From positions 1 to 34,929 of IMG/VR virus record IMGVR_UViG_3300038379_000955: 34,929 nt of DNA, one strand, 5' to 3'. The position numbers and the translations under genes are program-made. The stretch comes from a virus. Taxonomy: Duplodnaviria; Caudoviricetes. Positions within the stretch are counted from its first letter, which is position 1. Each line of letters begins with the position of its first letter. The notes beneath the pieces were generated by a model. It saw nothing but the letters and a program-made list of their open reading frames with translations, ran no database searches and had not been told where the DNA came from. This document shows, piece by piece, positions 34,926 to 34,929 of this stretch.

Positions 34926-34929
34926 GATA

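Larger units (their letters stand above)
1..34929. mobile_element. Near-complete siphovirus-like phage genome, probable circular phage-plasmid
   Basis: Full head, tail, packaging and replication gene set in canonical order; no host housekeeping genes; no integrase seen; both ends fall in the same repeated gene family. Confidence 0.9.

Noticed and set aside
1-34929. tRNA/rRNA genes and a specific host assignment
   Set aside because: No cloverleaf or rRNA-like segment noticed; host cannot be supported without database searches

Overview
The window looks like a nearly complete ~35 kb tailed dsDNA phage (siphovirus-type) genome, probably circular. Both ends lie inside a repeated gene. It has no integrase but carries a ParM-like partition ATPase and an initiator with iterons, suggesting a phage-plasmid. 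Gene order: primase, DnaB-like helicase; terS, terL, portal, MuF-like, scaffold, capsid; a 4-gene sugar-modification cassette (GT4, DegT aminotransferase, GT-A-like, acetyltransferase); head-tail connectors, tail tube, -1 frameshifted chaperone, tape measure, tail tip, membrane proteins; a leftward Dam/nuclease/ParM operon; and a rightward early operon (HTH, Bet-like recombinase, initiator). The most unusual part is a self-promoted cassette between the initiator and the primase. It holds a small chromo/SH3-like gene, a His-motif partner gene and three paralogs. Each paralog has a constant N-cap, a combinatorially shuffled array of 60-bp/20-aa LRR-like repeats (10, 12 and 15 units) and a near-identical DUF6745-like C-terminus. 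Just upstream of the initiator is a two-state structured RNA whose loop is a perfect 12-nt antisense match to the ribosome-binding sites of this cassette. All calls are from motif recognition by eye; no searches were run, and the repeat region may be affected by assembly.
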